Positions 26,944 to 39,990 of a stretch of DNA of 64,000 bases are shown here, piece after piece (positions within the stretch are counted from its first letter, which is position 1; each line of letters starts with the position of its first letter). The stretch lies in contig MU058337.1 in assembly GCA_013265495.1 (NCBI GenBank), forward strand, positions 3,502,686-3,566,685, read 5' to 3'. The DNA comes from Vicugna vicugna (taxonomy: Eukaryota). The notes below the pieces were generated by a model. It made no database searches. It was not told the DNA's origin and saw only the letters and a program-made list of their open reading frames with translations. A program made the translations under genes and the position numbers.

Positions 26944-27475
26944 TATGAAGGTTAATTTTATGTGTCAACTTGACTGAGTTAAAAGATGCCCAGGGAGCTG
27001 ATAATTATTTCTGGGTGTGTCTGCAAGGGTGTTTTTGGATGAGATTAGCATGGAGGTGGGAGAGAAGAGAGAACTGCACAGGGAAGCCCACCCTCACCAA
27101 CGCAGGGGCCTCATCCAATCCACTCAGGGCCCAGACAAGACAACAAGGCAGAGGAGGCATAAATTTGCCCTCTGTTTGAGCTGAGACACCTATCTTCTCC
27201 TGCCCTTGGGCATCTGTGCTCCTGGGTCTCAGGCCTTCAGACTTGAACTAACTTACACCGCTGGCTTTTCTGGTTTTCCAGTTTGCAGATGGCAGATCAA
27301 GGAACTTCTTGGCCTCCAGAATCGAGTGAGCCAATTTCTGTAACAAATCTCTAACAACTGTGCCTCTCTCTGTCTCTGTCTCTGTCCCTGTCTCTGTCTC
27401 CCTCTCTGTCCCTGTCTCTCTGTCGCTGTCTCTCTCTCTGTCTCTCTCAAGAATGAGCTCTGTATATCCTGGTAA
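26944..27475 (+). mobile_element. MLT2B/D-like ERVL LTR
   Basis: Starts ggttaattttatgtgtcaacttgactg...atttctgggtgtgtctg...gagattagcat; later tcttctcctgcccttgggcatc...gtgagccaatt. Confidence 0.9.
27364..27448. repeat. (TCTCTG)n imperfect microsatellite within MLT2
   Basis: ctctctctgtctctgtctctgtccctgtctctgtc... seen directly. Confidence 0.9.
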
Positions 27476-29346
27476 AAGTCTCCTGTGTCTCATCTTTTTG
27501 TCATTAGAAATCTTTATGTAAATCTATAACTGGAAATATAATTCCATGTTGTCTTTATATCATGTATTCATTTTTCATTTATGTTAAACTGATAAAAATC
27601 ATATTCTATCAGATACCTATGCTAGACTTCAAAGAGAGAATTTCCTTAAAACATGAAATGATGAAGCATAAAACCATACTATTATGTTTCCTAAATGCAG
27701 AGTCACATTAGCTACATATCATTCCTAAATTCAGCATTGATGCTGATATTACAGTTTCTTCACTAAATGTGAATAGCAGTTTCAGAAACTTAATATTTTC
27801 AAGGAATACTTGAACTCTCCAGTGCTTCATTTATTGAAATATTATTGCAAATATTTCTATCATGATCATCTAAGTGAAACATTATACCCATTTATCCTCT
27901 GAGGAAATTTCATTGTTTCTGTTTGTAATGACTTAAGATATATGAATTCTTAGCTCGAGACCTTAACATTATAAAATTTTGGAATCCACCTTATCATTTT
28001 TGTTGCAAATCTTTGATAATATAACGTGAGAGAAAGCCAACATATTTTTGTTGGGTCGAGGTAACCACAGTACCAGTCAGCATACAATAAGAACCTTGAT
28101 AATTTTATCTCTAGGTCATATATCCTAAGAACTTTTGAAAGAAGCATTCATTATCTCACAGCTTTGATTTTGATAATATTGTCCAAGATTTTATTTTTTT
28201 GTTCTATTTGGCCATGAAACAAAAGTATGTAATAAAAACAGCAGAGTAGACAAAAAGAAAACATTCTACACAAATTGAATGATACATAGACAACGATGAT
28301 ACAATTATAATTTTTATCTGTATGTGACAGTAACAATTGAAACCAAAGTATTGCAATTTTGTGTGACATTAAAAGCCATTCATTTTGCCTGAATACTGTT
28401 CCCTAAAAATGAATCAGTTTATGTTTTTATATTCATACTTGGTGTTTTGAATATAATTTTTAAAATAATGGAATAATTATTTAAATTTTCATCAAAACAG
28501 AAATAAGACAAAAATATATAAACAAAATACTTGTTTAAATATTTCTCCCCCTTTTAAGCCAAACATTCAGCAAACAGTTTAACAACGCTGGTATCTATTA
28601 TATTTGAGAAACAAAATACACCTCAATACTCAGGCCATGTCTATTTTAAATAGTATGCTTTCAGATGAGGGTAGTAAGAATCCTAGATACTAACGCTTTA
28701 AGTAAAAAGAATTTATTGCCTCACAAAATGTAAAGTTATCAATTTGCCAGCTATTATCTCCAAACTCATCCTTTTAGAACTATTGAAAAATAACAGATGG
28801 ATTTATTGCAAGAACACAAGGATGGTTCAACATTCACAAATCAATCAATGTTAACAAAAGAAAGGGTAAAAATCACATGATCATCTGAATAGAAAAAAGA
28901 AAAATCATCTGACAAAATTTAACATCCATTCATGATTAAAACTCTCATCAAAGTAGGTTTAGAGGGAATATATCTCAGCATAATGAAGGTAATTTATGAC
29001 AAACCCACATCTAATGTCATACTTGGCAGTGAAAAGCTACAAGCATTTCCTCTAATTGCAGGAACACAAGGATTCCCTCTCTTGCCACTTTTATTGAATG
29101 TAGTATTGGAACGCCGAGCTAGAATGACGAGACAAGAGAAAGAAATAAAAGGCATCCCAACTGGGAGAGGAGAAGTTAAACTATCACTATTTGCAGATGA
29201 CATGATATTTTATATAGAAAATCCTAAGGTCTCCATCCAAAAACTCTAAGAACTAATAAATGAGTTCAGCACAGTTGCAGGATACAAGATTAATGTATAG
29301 AAATCTGTTGCTTTTCTATACACTAATAATGAACAATCAGAAAGAG

Positions 29347-29353
<7 letters not shown>

Positions 29354-29387
<34 letters not shown>

Positions 29388-29391
29388 TATA
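29354..29391. repeat. (TA)n microsatellite inside L1 ORF2
   Basis: Seen directly. Confidence 0.95.
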
Positions 29392-29763
29392 TTTTATCAT
29401 ATATTAAACAGAATAAAATACCTAGGAATAAACTTAACCAAGGAGGTGAAGGACCTATACTCTGAAAACTATGAAACACTGAGGAAGGAAACTGAAGATG
29501 GTAAAAAGAAATGGAAAGATAATCTCATGCTCTTGGGTTGGAAGAATTCATATTGTTAAAATGTTCATACTACCCAAAGCAATCTACAGATTTAATGCAA
29601 TCTCTATCAAAATAATAAAAATTATTAGCAAATAATCCTAAACTTCATATGGAACAAAAGACCTCAAATGGCCAAAAAGGAACAAAGCTGGAGGTATAAC
29701 CCTCCCAGACTTCAGGCTATTCTATGCAGCTACAGTAATCAAAACAGCATGGTACTGGCACAA

Positions 29764-29767
<4 letters not shown>

Positions 29768-29800
<33 letters not shown>
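29768..29800. repeat. (AC)n microsatellite inside L1 ORF2
   Basis: Seen directly. Confidence 0.95.
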
Positions 29801-29802
<2 letters not shown>

Positions 29803-31183
29803 TCAATGGATCAGAATAGAGAGTCCACAAATAAACCATGCACCTATGATCAATTAATCCACAACAAAAGAGGCAAGAATATACAATGGAGAAAAGATAG
29901 TCTCTTCAACAAGTAGTGAAGGGAAAACTGGATAGCTACATGTAAAATAGTGAAATTAGAACATTTCCTCACAACATATACAAAAATAAATCCAAATGGA
30001 TTAAAGACCAAAAGACCCAAGATCATAAAACTTGAAGAGAACTTGAAGCAGAACACTCTCTGACATAAATCATAGTAATATACTTTTGGCTCTGTCTCTT
30101 AAGGCAAAAGAAATAAAAGCAAAATTAATCAAATGGGACCTAATGAAACATAAAATCTTTTACAAACAAAAAGAAACCATTGACAAAACAAAAATACAGT
30201 CTACACAATGGGAGAAAATATTCGCAAATGATATGACTGACAAGGGGTTAATATCCAAAATATATCAACAGCTCATGCAACTTAATTCAAAAAAAAAAGT
30301 AAATACCACAATAAAAAATTGGCAGAAGACCTGAATAGATATTTTTTCCAAAGAAGACATACAGATGGCTAACAGGCACAGGAAAAGATGCTCAATATTG
30401 CTAATTATCAGACAAATGTAAATCAGAACAACAATGAGATATTACCACTCATCTATCAGAATAGGCATCATCAAAAAGTCTGCAAATAACATATTGAAGA
30501 GGATGTGGAGAAGGAAAACCCTTGTACCCTGGTGGTGGGGATGTAAATTGGTGCAGCCAGTATGGAAAACAGTATGGAGACAACTCAAAAAACTAAAAAT
30601 AGAACAACTGTATAATTCTGCAATTCCACTCCTGAGTATATATATGGAAATAATGGAAACACTAATTCAAAAAGATACATGCATCCCAATATTCATAGCA
30701 GCACTCTTTACAATAGCCAAATATGGCAGCAAGCTGTGTCCATCAACAGATGAATGGATAAAAAAGATGTGAGATATATAGATACAGATATACAGTGGAA
30801 TACTAGCCATAAAAAAGAATGAAATTCTGCCATTTGCAGCAATGTGGATAGACATACAGAATATTATGCTTATGAAATAACAGAGAAAGACAAATAGTGT
30901 ATGATATCACTTACATGTGGAATCTAAAAATTAATACAAACATATATAGCAAAGCAGAAATAGATTCACAGATACAGAAAACAAACTAGTGATTACCAAT
31001 GAGGAGAGGGAAGGAGGGAGGCCAAGATAGGGGTATGGGATTGAAGTATAAACTACTATATATAAAATTAGGTAAACAACAAGGATATAATGTATAGCAC
31101 AGGGAACTATAGGAGAGACAAATAAAGAAATATATGGAGAGAAATATATGTAACAGATGTAATATATATAAAGTATATATACA

Positions 31184-31718
31184 TGGAAACAACTTAATGT
31201 TCATCGACAGATGACTGGATAAAGAAGCTGTGGTATATTTATACAATGGAATACTACTTACCCATAAAAAGAATAAAATACAGCCATTTGCAGCAACATG
31301 GATGGACCTAGAGATCATCATTCTAAGTGAAGTAAGCCAGAAAGAGAAAGAAAAATACCATATGATATCATTCATCCGTGGAATATAAAAATAAAGAGAA
31401 AAGAGGACACTAATGAACTCATCTACAAAACAAAAATAGACTTGCAGACATAGTAAACAATCTTATGGTTACCAGGGGAAAGAGAGTGGGAAGGGCTAAA
31501 TTTGGGAGTTTGAGATTTGCAAATGTTAGCCACTATATCATAACAATACATTAAAAAAAAAACAGATTTCTTCTGTATAGCAAAGGGAACTATATTCAAT
31601 ATCTTGTAATAACCTTAAATGAAAAAGAACATGAAAAGGAATATAAGTACATATATGCATGACTCGGACGTTGTGCCGTACACCAGAAATTGACACATTG
31701 TAACTGACTGTACTTCAG
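31184..31718 (+). mobile_element. Younger camelid-type L1 3' fragment (L1_Vpa-like)
   Basis: ORF2 tail plus 3'UTR ending caccagaaattgacacattgtaactgactgtacttca; flanked by the 15-bp direct repeat taaagtatatataca (31169-31183, 31719-31733). Confidence 0.9.
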
Positions 31719-31739
31719 TAAAGTATATATACACATACT

Positions 31740-32150
31740 TATTCAGGAAATATAGTTAGAAGTTGGATTGGTGGATCATACTGTCTGCAATTAAAATATT
31801 AATAGAATTAATAGATGCTATCAATTTATATTGGAAAAATTTAGCAGCGTACATTTCCATTGGCGTTAAATAAGAATACTGTATTGTCCATAATTACAGA
31901 AGAGTTACATTTTGTCAACTCTTTCAATAGGAAAGAAATAATGTCTTACTGTTTTAAATGTGCATTTCCCTATTAGTCATGAAGTGGAGTATATTTTCAC
32001 AAGTTTATTGACAATCTTTTTCCTCTGTGGTTTGCCTACTTACATCCTCTGTCAAAATATATTCTTCTTTATTTGTTTTTTTTAGGAGCTCTTTGCAAAT
32101 GCTGACTATTGATTGCTCTAAGTGCTATAACTAATTTATCTCAGGCTGTT
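31740..32150 (-). mobile_element. Ancient L1ME-like fragment
   Basis: gttttaaatgtgcatttccctattagtcatgaagtggagtatattttcacaagtttattg is an antisense ORF2 C-terminal motif. Confidence 0.7.
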
Positions 32151-32579
32151 TTGATGTTTTTAAAAAGACATGGAAAGATAAAGATATTTTCAGTTGATGG
32201 TTTATCACTAAATCTCTCTAACTCTCCAACCATCTGAGGTTCTCAACCACTCTCCTTTTCAAAATGATTACCTTACTTTAGGTTTCAAATAAAATCCTAC
32301 CATCTCTCTACAATCTTATTATTAGCTATCCTTGATATTCCATTTCTCTGAAGAATTCATTTAAAACTTACTTTTTAGCATTTATTTTGTAGTCATTATG
32401 TTTCACTTTTCACATCTGGTACCACATAGAATGTATTCCCAACATTATTAAGCCATTTGGCTTATTAGGCATCCTTTGGTTGATAAAAACAGAGAGAAAT
32501 TCAACCCTCCTTCAGTAAAATCAGGACCTATTATATGAAACAGTGGATATGCAAAGGTACTCAATAAAATGAAACACAG

Positions 32580-32800
32580 CAAGCCTTCTGTCCCTTGTCC
32601 CAGTGGGAGGGCAACTCAAGGTGCACAACTCACGACAGGGCTCCTTGTGAGATCAAGCTGGCTCCAGACATCACATTCCTGCTTGGGTTTTCCCCGTGCT
32701 CTGTTCTTCCCTCTTTTTTCTCCAAGAGCACATCGTCAATAACTCATACACACAGAATTCCTGTCTCAGGCCCTCATGGTAAGGGACAGACCCTAAGAGA
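32580..32800 (+). mobile_element. LTR16-like ERVL LTR 3' part
   Basis: gagcacatcgtcaataactcatacacacagaattcctgtctcaggccc...ccctaagaga resembles the LTR16 end. Confidence 0.65.
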
Positions 32801-34559
32801 GAAGGCAATGAGAGTGGAAACTAGGAAGAGGTTTTCTACGCTTCTTATTGCAATTTTACTGGGCAAATGAAAGAAAACAATTCTCCTTGTTTGTGCTTTG
32901 AAATATGAAGTCAAGACTTTATACTGAATTAACTGGGTAATTCTCTGACTACAGACAGGTAAGTATAACTCTATTCTTGATATTCTCTCAGAATTAAACT
33001 TTTCTCTCCATTCCTGAAAAAGCACAGACTAGCAATATCTCAAACCTACGTTATTATATAATATTACAAATACAGTTAGATATTTTACATAATATATTTA
33101 TTGTGAATGCATTATTTAATCTACTCTATTCCATAGATGATTTAATCATCATACACATACATTACTAAACAGAACATAGATCTGACTAGACATACTAATT
33201 TAAAAAATGAGTGTTTAAGGCTCAATTCAGGGAATTCACAGGATATGCTTATTTTCTCACCACTAGACTATTTTTCCTTTACTAAACCCAAGATATATAT
33301 AAAACCTTTAAAATTCATTTGAGTAAGTGATGATATCAGAAATTAAGGAAAAAGACTGACCCAGTTACTCAATTTTTTATTTTCCATGACTGTGTTTTTC
33401 AACTGAATTGACTACACTGAACAGCTAAGTCTGGCCACAAATGGACACAAATACTGTGTTGAGTAAAATGCAGAATATTGTGAAGGATTTGGAAGAGGAC
33501 CAAGAATAACCTCACTAAGGTCCATGAGGACCAAAGGGCAGGACAGTGTCAGTAATGACTGGAAAGCACATTTTGATACAGATATTTTGCTTGTGTTCCA
33601 TAACGGCCCTGCCTGTGAGAAATCTCTCCTACTATAACAGCACAGAGTCTTTCTTTTTCAAATAAAATGTTAAACAGGTGAAGAAAATGCAGTATTTGTT
33701 CATTTTAAAAGAAATATGCTGCCGTATATCTGACTGAGTCTCTCTCTTATCTCCGTATTTTACTAATCTATCCTTAACTGCTTTCTTTAATGCATTTGTA
33801 TTCAACTCCCAGAAAGGTTGATTATGTGAACCTCTTATCTGAAAAGCTCTGCTATCTGAATTAGGCCATGTTTCACTACATGCATCATTTACATTAAGAA
33901 CTCCCCGTTCTTATCTGAAACCTTCATTATCCAAATGAAGCCCCTGACCTTCTTTCCATCTTGCTAATTGAGGTTTAATGATATCAGAATTCATATTCTC
34001 TGATTTATGAGCATTACGGGGAAAAAGTTTCCTGTGTAACTGGTCCAAAATATAATCATCTGCATTAAATGGTTTGTTTTTGTGACTGCTATGCAAGTTT
34101 CCATTTCACATACGTATGTACTTTTTAATCATAGAAAAGCAGGTTTAGTTGCTAACAACAAGTTTCAGTGTAAAATGTGAGTAATAGATGGATTTTCCTG
34201 TAGACACAGGAGAAATCAGTAACAGAAGTTGTAACTAATTCCATGGGAGAAAGGCGAGGGGAAGACAAGAAGCCGGAGGAAACTTTAATTAGTTTAGACC
34301 TTTTCCCTTCTATGGGAAAGGAAGCCAGGAGCCTCAGGGGAGACCATGAAAAGCAAATTAGAGTAAAGGGGGCGACAGTGAGTCAGTCAATTATCAAGCC
34401 ATGTAGAGCCACGAGACGACCAGGATGCTGTGCTCTGATTCACGTTGTCACTCCGCCCACTTCCCCCCTCATTTCTTACACTGATTTTAAACTTTTACAT
34501 AATTATCAGTAACAGGGATGAAAGAAAGTTATAAATGTCCATTATTTATAATATGTAAA

Positions 34560-34760
34560 GTCTGTAAGGTATAGCTAGGTGGATAGATACAAATCTTTTC
34601 TTTGTAGATTTATACAAGTATCTATCTACATATAATACATATCTGTATAGCTAGATAAAATATATAGCTATACAAACACATACCTATCTGCATGTTATTA
34701 GACATCTGTTATCTATATAGAGATAACTATATAGAGGTAGATAATCTAGATATATATATA
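34560..34760. repeat. Degenerate (TAGA/TA)n low-complexity tract
   Basis: tagatac, tatctatctacatat, tatatagagata and similar units. Confidence 0.6.
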
Positions 34761-36189
34761 ATCAAGTTATAAATAAGTTCAAACTTTTAGGTTATTATTA
34801 TTAATTTTCTTAGAGTCTCGAAAAACAGGGACCAAAATAAAGTAAAAAACCCAGGATACCTGTCAGATGTTTTTATATATTCAAATGTATTCTCTTGATC
34901 AGAAATATCATTTTTACTTTGTGCTAAACAATATGACATCATTATTTCTGACCGATTATGCGGATAGGATTCTGTAAGAGAACCGAAGGCTGGGTTTACC
35001 CATGATGAGAAATGTATCAACAAAAACAGGGCTCTGACTACATAGTAAGAGAAGACACGTTCCAAATATTAGGATTTCAGAGGTTACATAGTCTGAGGAT
35101 TTTCTTCTCATTGGTTGCCTGAAATTACAATTTATTTTAAGTGGGAACCAACATTGTACTCCTCAGTTAGCCAGATTAAAATGCAAATACTATTATTATT
35201 CATTTGTATCAGGGTCCTAACCCTAACTCTTTTCTTTTGAATGTTGGATTTTACAATGGCAGAGTGAGACAGCGAAATGTCATGTGAGGCCTAATCCAGA
35301 TTTACCCTGCAAATTGAGTTCAGGTTGTTGTTGCCATCTCTTAAAAGAGCAAAACTTCTACAATACCAACTTGACTTAAATATTCTGCATCAGTACAACA
35401 AAAAGAACAGAAAAATGTTCAGATAATTTAAAAGTAAACAAAGGCTGCATACCCTTATCTACCCTAAGTGTCTAAATAATTGAGGATTCAACCATCCCCA
35501 CCTCCCACTTCTGCCCCAAAGTTCCATGTTCATTTACAACAATCATGAGATTGCTGATCTGAAGAATCAACCAGACATTGCTATGACTTTTCTTGAACTT
35601 ATAAATTTCCAGGTGATTTACTGCACATCTTTTCATGCCGAGAGATGGGGAAGTTGTCATTTTTGTGGGACAATATAGTTAATTAGTGACGGAGCGAACA
35701 CCTGACAGCAGACCCACTGGTATTTTCACCAGATCATGGACCATTTTTCTTCTGTTTGAAATTTATGGGGGGAGAGGATCACATAAATGAGATTGAGGTC
35801 AGTGGTTCTCAATCCTTGTTTCATTTTAAAATATGAGTCATTAAAAAAATTACTAGCCAAACCTCTTTGGTTGAGAGCTGCAGCCACTGGCTGAAGGATG
35901 GACTGAGCTGACGTTACACAAATGCTTTATTTCAAAAGTTGTTTTTCAAAAGTTCCACCGGGTGGAACTTTTTTATGAGTAGCGAGAGTTAGGCAGAAAC
36001 GATCTGAAATATTTTTCTCTTTTATCTACTGTTTTCTGAGGATATCACTTCTGGACATCTCTATTAAAATTAAAAACACAAACCCCCAATATCTTGAGGT
36101 CCTCTCCTTTTCTTTCAGAAGTTACTTAGATTCTATTCATAAAAGAGTATGCTAAGGTGAATTATTAATGAAGGTGAGTGTGATGAGGA

Positions 36190-36430
36190 TGATAGTGACA
36201 TTCACTGAGCACTGATTTTGCACCAGCCGTTCTGTTAAGTATCTTTCCTACATCTTATCCCTTAATCTTCAAAGAAAACACAAGGTAAGAATGATTACAA
36301 TTCCTATTTGCATATAAAGAAATCAAAATACGGATGGGAATTAAACCATTTCCCTAAAATCACACATTCAATCCAACGGTTGGGATAAGACCTAAACATT
36401 CCTGGTTCTATTGCTCTTAACCACAATCTA
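36190..36430 (-). mobile_element. MIR
   Basis: acattcactgagcact...ttaatcttcaaag...cctatttgcatataaagaaa...tgctcttaaccac. Confidence 0.7.
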
Positions 36431-36604
36431 CCCTCTAGATTTTAATTCCAGACGTGAAATAGGGAGAATATTGCATATGAAAGTATGGAATTGAAAGATG
36501 TATTTGATGACCACTGTTTTCTACATTTATCCTTCCTTTGTCCTAAATCATATTCACTCTATTTACAGTCTGTTTCTCACCTTTGAACTCTGGCAAATGG
36601 GGAG

Positions 36605-36780
36605 TGATGACAATACTGGCGGCCACTTAGAGTGCACATGCCAAGTACATTTACTGCATCAAGCTCTCTACGTGCAAGGTTCTGTGGAACCCTTACCAAA
36701 AGCTGGAATTATCACTTGCATTTGAAATGAGGAATCTGGAGTTAGAGCAGTCCACTCACCTGCCCAAGGCCACCCAGAGG
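36605..36780 (-). mobile_element. MIR fragment
   Basis: catttgaaatgaggaatctggag...cacctgcccaaggccac. Confidence 0.6.
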
Positions 36781-37023
36781 GTCTGCCACCACCAGGGTCT
36801 CTGTCCTTAACACAGAAGCATGCTGACCCTGAAGCTAATGAGGAACATCTGGGGATTGTGAGAATTACAAGATTTGTTATTGAATCTGAATAAAAAATCT
36901 TAATTTATCTATACTCATCACAGAGGCCTCTGCTGAGGAGAAAAACAGTCATTTGGGTTCCAGGCAACTTTGTTGGGAAAGCCTTTGTTAACAAAAGAAA
37001 AATGCCTTGAAAGCTCAGAAATG

Positions 37024-37400
37024 TGTATTAATCAAGACTCCTCTGACCGCATGTGACAGAAACGAAATATAAGCGGTCCCAGGCAAAAGGCTCCCTTTAC
37101 TGAATCAAGCAAGAGATGAACAAATACGTAAAATGTTGCTTCACAGACCAACGGCTGTCAGATTCTTCCATCCCTTAGGTCTCTGGGCCTGTCTCTAGTC
37201 CTCCCGTAAAGCAGGTGGTTCTCGGGCAGCCTGGGGAGCTGCAGCAGGGTCCGGGCACTTCCCTGGGACACGTCCACCTGGTCCCAGGAAGCATGGGTGA
37301 CTGAGGTGCAGCTTCTGGAATGTCTGCAACGCTCTCACTCTTCATGACAGTGGCGGGGTGCAGAGCTGGCAGTGGCCCGCCCTGACCTTTGCTCCTTCCA
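37024..37400 (-). mobile_element. MLT1J/K-like MaLR LTR
   Basis: tgtattaatcaagactcctctgaccgcatgtgacagaaac is the antisense MLT1 terminus; right boundary uncertain. Confidence 0.5.
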
Positions 37401-38059
37401 GCAGACTTGCCAACATGTAATTTCCCTGCGTAAGTGCACTTCCAGTTGAAGCAACTGGAGCAGTTTCTACTTTCCTGATAGAACACAGTATAGAACCTTG
37501 ATATCATAAACTGCATTTTTGAGTCCATGACTATGGGCGCTCTTTCACAGACCACTTTTGACTCTCAGACTCAGCCTGTCAGAGGTCGTGGAGGGTGACT
37601 TGCCTTTTTGACACATTTCAGAATTACGCTCTTTTCTCTCCTAAACTCAGCAGGACTCTCCCCCTCTACTTCCACTGAAGCATTTACCCAAATTAACTTT
37701 ATACCACAGTTAGGACATCAAGGTAGCAACTCTCAGCAAATTATGCACTTAAAAGGCAGGTTTTGTGTTTTATTTATTCATTTCTTCCCAATACTTTTTT
37801 TTTCCCAGAAACTTTCCTATAGTAAGAACCTTCACAGACATTGTTTGGAATTAAATTAGATTAAAATGATGATTTTTTTCATAACAACAAAATAACAAAA
37901 TAAAATATAATTTTATTTATTCACTCACAAACTCAAAAGTACTAAATATTCTTCCTAATAAAATTCATGGAACAAGCCGTTCTAGCTTTTTCTTTAGAAA
38001 AACAGTTGTTAGTGTCAGGAAAACCACTCCTTAATTCAACTATTTGTAGCTTCTTATAT

Positions 38060-39620
38060 GGGAAAACAGGTCTGAAATCTGAATGCCTATTTATTTTATG
38101 TACTGTATGTTCATAACCTTGCTCATTTTTCTGATCATTTATTTTTCTTTTTGATTTGTAAGAGCTCTTCATAAAATGCAGATAAAAGGCCTCCTCTGTC
38201 ATATGGGTTACAAAGAATTTTCAGTGCTTATCATTTTGTTTTACTTTTGCTTTGATATTTTTGTTTTGATGTGGTTCAATTTATCAAGTGGTTAAATTTA
38301 TTAATATTTCTCTTCGTGTTGTCTTACATTTGTGTCATGTTTAGAAAAGACTTTCTTGCTTAAAGGCTTTTTAAATCATCCATGATCTCTTCCAGGTTCG
38401 CCCAACCTGAGCACCCGATAGAGTCAGGATTATGGATGCAACGTACGTGCTTTCAGACCGTGACAGTATACTTTATAGCTTTTGATGTTTGTCATGTACA
38501 CTGTTCAACTTTAAATGGTAAACAATGGACATGTACCTAACTGCATCTCCCTTTACACAGTGTAGGATTCCACAGTTCAGGGTATGGTTTTACGGCTGAA
38601 CCATAGTTTAACGTGCTTTCCCACCCATTTCCTTCCCCTCCACTGATGGGCATTTGTTTTCATTTATTTTCTCTCTATCTCCTTTTGCTTCCTCCTCCTC
38701 TTTTTCTTTTAATCTTAATGAATATATTGATGTAATGATTGTTTTATTTACTTAAGATAAAATTCTAGACACATGGTATTGTTGGGTAGTAGATTATTGG
38801 ATTATGGACACTTTAAATTTAAATTTATAGCTAAGTAACTTTCAGAAAAAATACTCAGTGCTTCATTTTGAATAACTATTGCCCTAAAAATGAAACCATT
38901 AGCCATATGCGTAATCCTCTGTAAATTACATGTTTATATTTTTTTTACAAGTTTTGAGTTGGTTTACTGTAATCCCTAAGCATCTATGGTGGATTGGTTC
39001 CAGGACCCTTTGAAGAGACCAAAATCCAAGGATACTCAAGTCCCTTATAGAAAATGGCATAGTAATTGTATTTATCTTTTTCTAAAAATTCTCTGGAATT
39101 TTTTGTATATTCAGTGTATTATCTTATTTCACTATTCTACACATGTCACAAATATTGGGTGAAAACTGCTTTTTTCTTTTTACCATTTCTGCCATTAAAA
39201 TGTTTTAACTTGTTATGAATGACATTTGACAATATCTTTTAAAATAGTTCCTGCATTTCTTTCTTGTTTAGAAAAACTTTTCCAATCCATATGTTATAAA
39301 AATATTCTTCATTTATTTCCACTATTTCATTATAATTTATAATAAAATAAAAATTAAAAATATTATTTATTAATACTACTCCCTCTCACCCTCTCCCCTT
39401 CTCCTTCAAATGTTATCTGATCTTTGTCTTAAATAAATTTACACATGCCATTCGTCTCAAAATATTTATTGAATAATCTATTTTCTAATGTGACAAATTA
39501 ACATACTCATTTGAGTGAATTATACACTCTGTAATCTTCTGTGTAGATTTTTCAGTATTATCTAATTATCAGTGTGTGTCACAGTAGCTTTATGATATAA
39601 TTTAATAGTGATAATTAGCT
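38060..39620 (-). mobile_element. Patchy ancient L1ME fragments
   Basis: tgttcataaccttgctcattttt...gatttgtaagagctctt; tgtgtcatgtttagaaaagact; catttattgaataatc-like and gtagctttatgatataattt motifs. Confidence 0.6.
38967..39072. mobile_element. MER2 (TcMar-Tigger) 5' fragment
   Basis: ggattggttccaggaccc...accaaaatccaaggatactcaagtcccttatagaaaatggcatagta closely matches recalled MER2; preceded by TA. Confidence 0.85.
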
Positions 39621-39849
39621 CTATTATCTGAATCATACTCTCTGCCTTCTGAGGGGAGGAGATGGGGAGAGGGTGAAGAATTGAATCCTGGAAGACTCCT
39701 TTATGTCTCTGGTAAATTATTAGCTGGACTTTTTCCTCATCCTTGTAGACAATTTCCCCCAAACCACAAAGATTTTAAAGAATTTTGTCCATTCACAAAA
39801 CACTTTAAATTTAGTATTTGTCAAACGACATTTTTAGATTTGGGGTCTA

Positions 39850-39990
39850 AAATATGGAGATGAAGACTGGAGGTAAGAGCTGAGGTTACCCTGTGACCCA
39901 GAGACCGACTAGGAGGAGGATGCTGTAACGATGGCTAAAGATAACTGGGCTTGGACTGGACAGAGGTGGTGGGAGGCAGGAACTGACTGT
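39850..39990 (-). mobile_element. L2 fragment
   Basis: gagaccgactaggagg...tgggcttggactgga...gtggtggga. Confidence 0.4.

Larger units (their letters stand above)
28810..31110 (+). mobile_element. 5'-truncated L1: RT through C-terminal ORF2 plus partial 3'UTR, disabled
   Basis: ORF 28932-29249 has RT motifs [15 protein letters not shown] and [18 protein letters not shown] 29260-29559 has IKYLGINLTKEVKDLYSENY; ORF 30434-30772 has WWGCKLVQPVWKTVWR; multiple frameshifts and stops. Confidence 0.96.

Noticed and set aside
27248..27493. Charged-repeat ORFs (RERDRE / RQRQ)
   Set aside because: Translations of the (TCTCTG)n microsatellite inside MLT2
28932..30772. Intact reverse transcriptase gene or a novel RT system
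   Set aside because: Ordinary 5'-truncated L1 ORF2 broken by frameshifts, stops and microsatellites
30986..31375. 129-aa minus-strand ORF
   Set aside because: Antisense reading of L1 3' ends, a common spurious ORF
35800..35889. Miniature MER5-like element (cagtggttctcaa...ttgaga)
   Set aside because: Only one clean terminal inverted repeat; too degenerate to support
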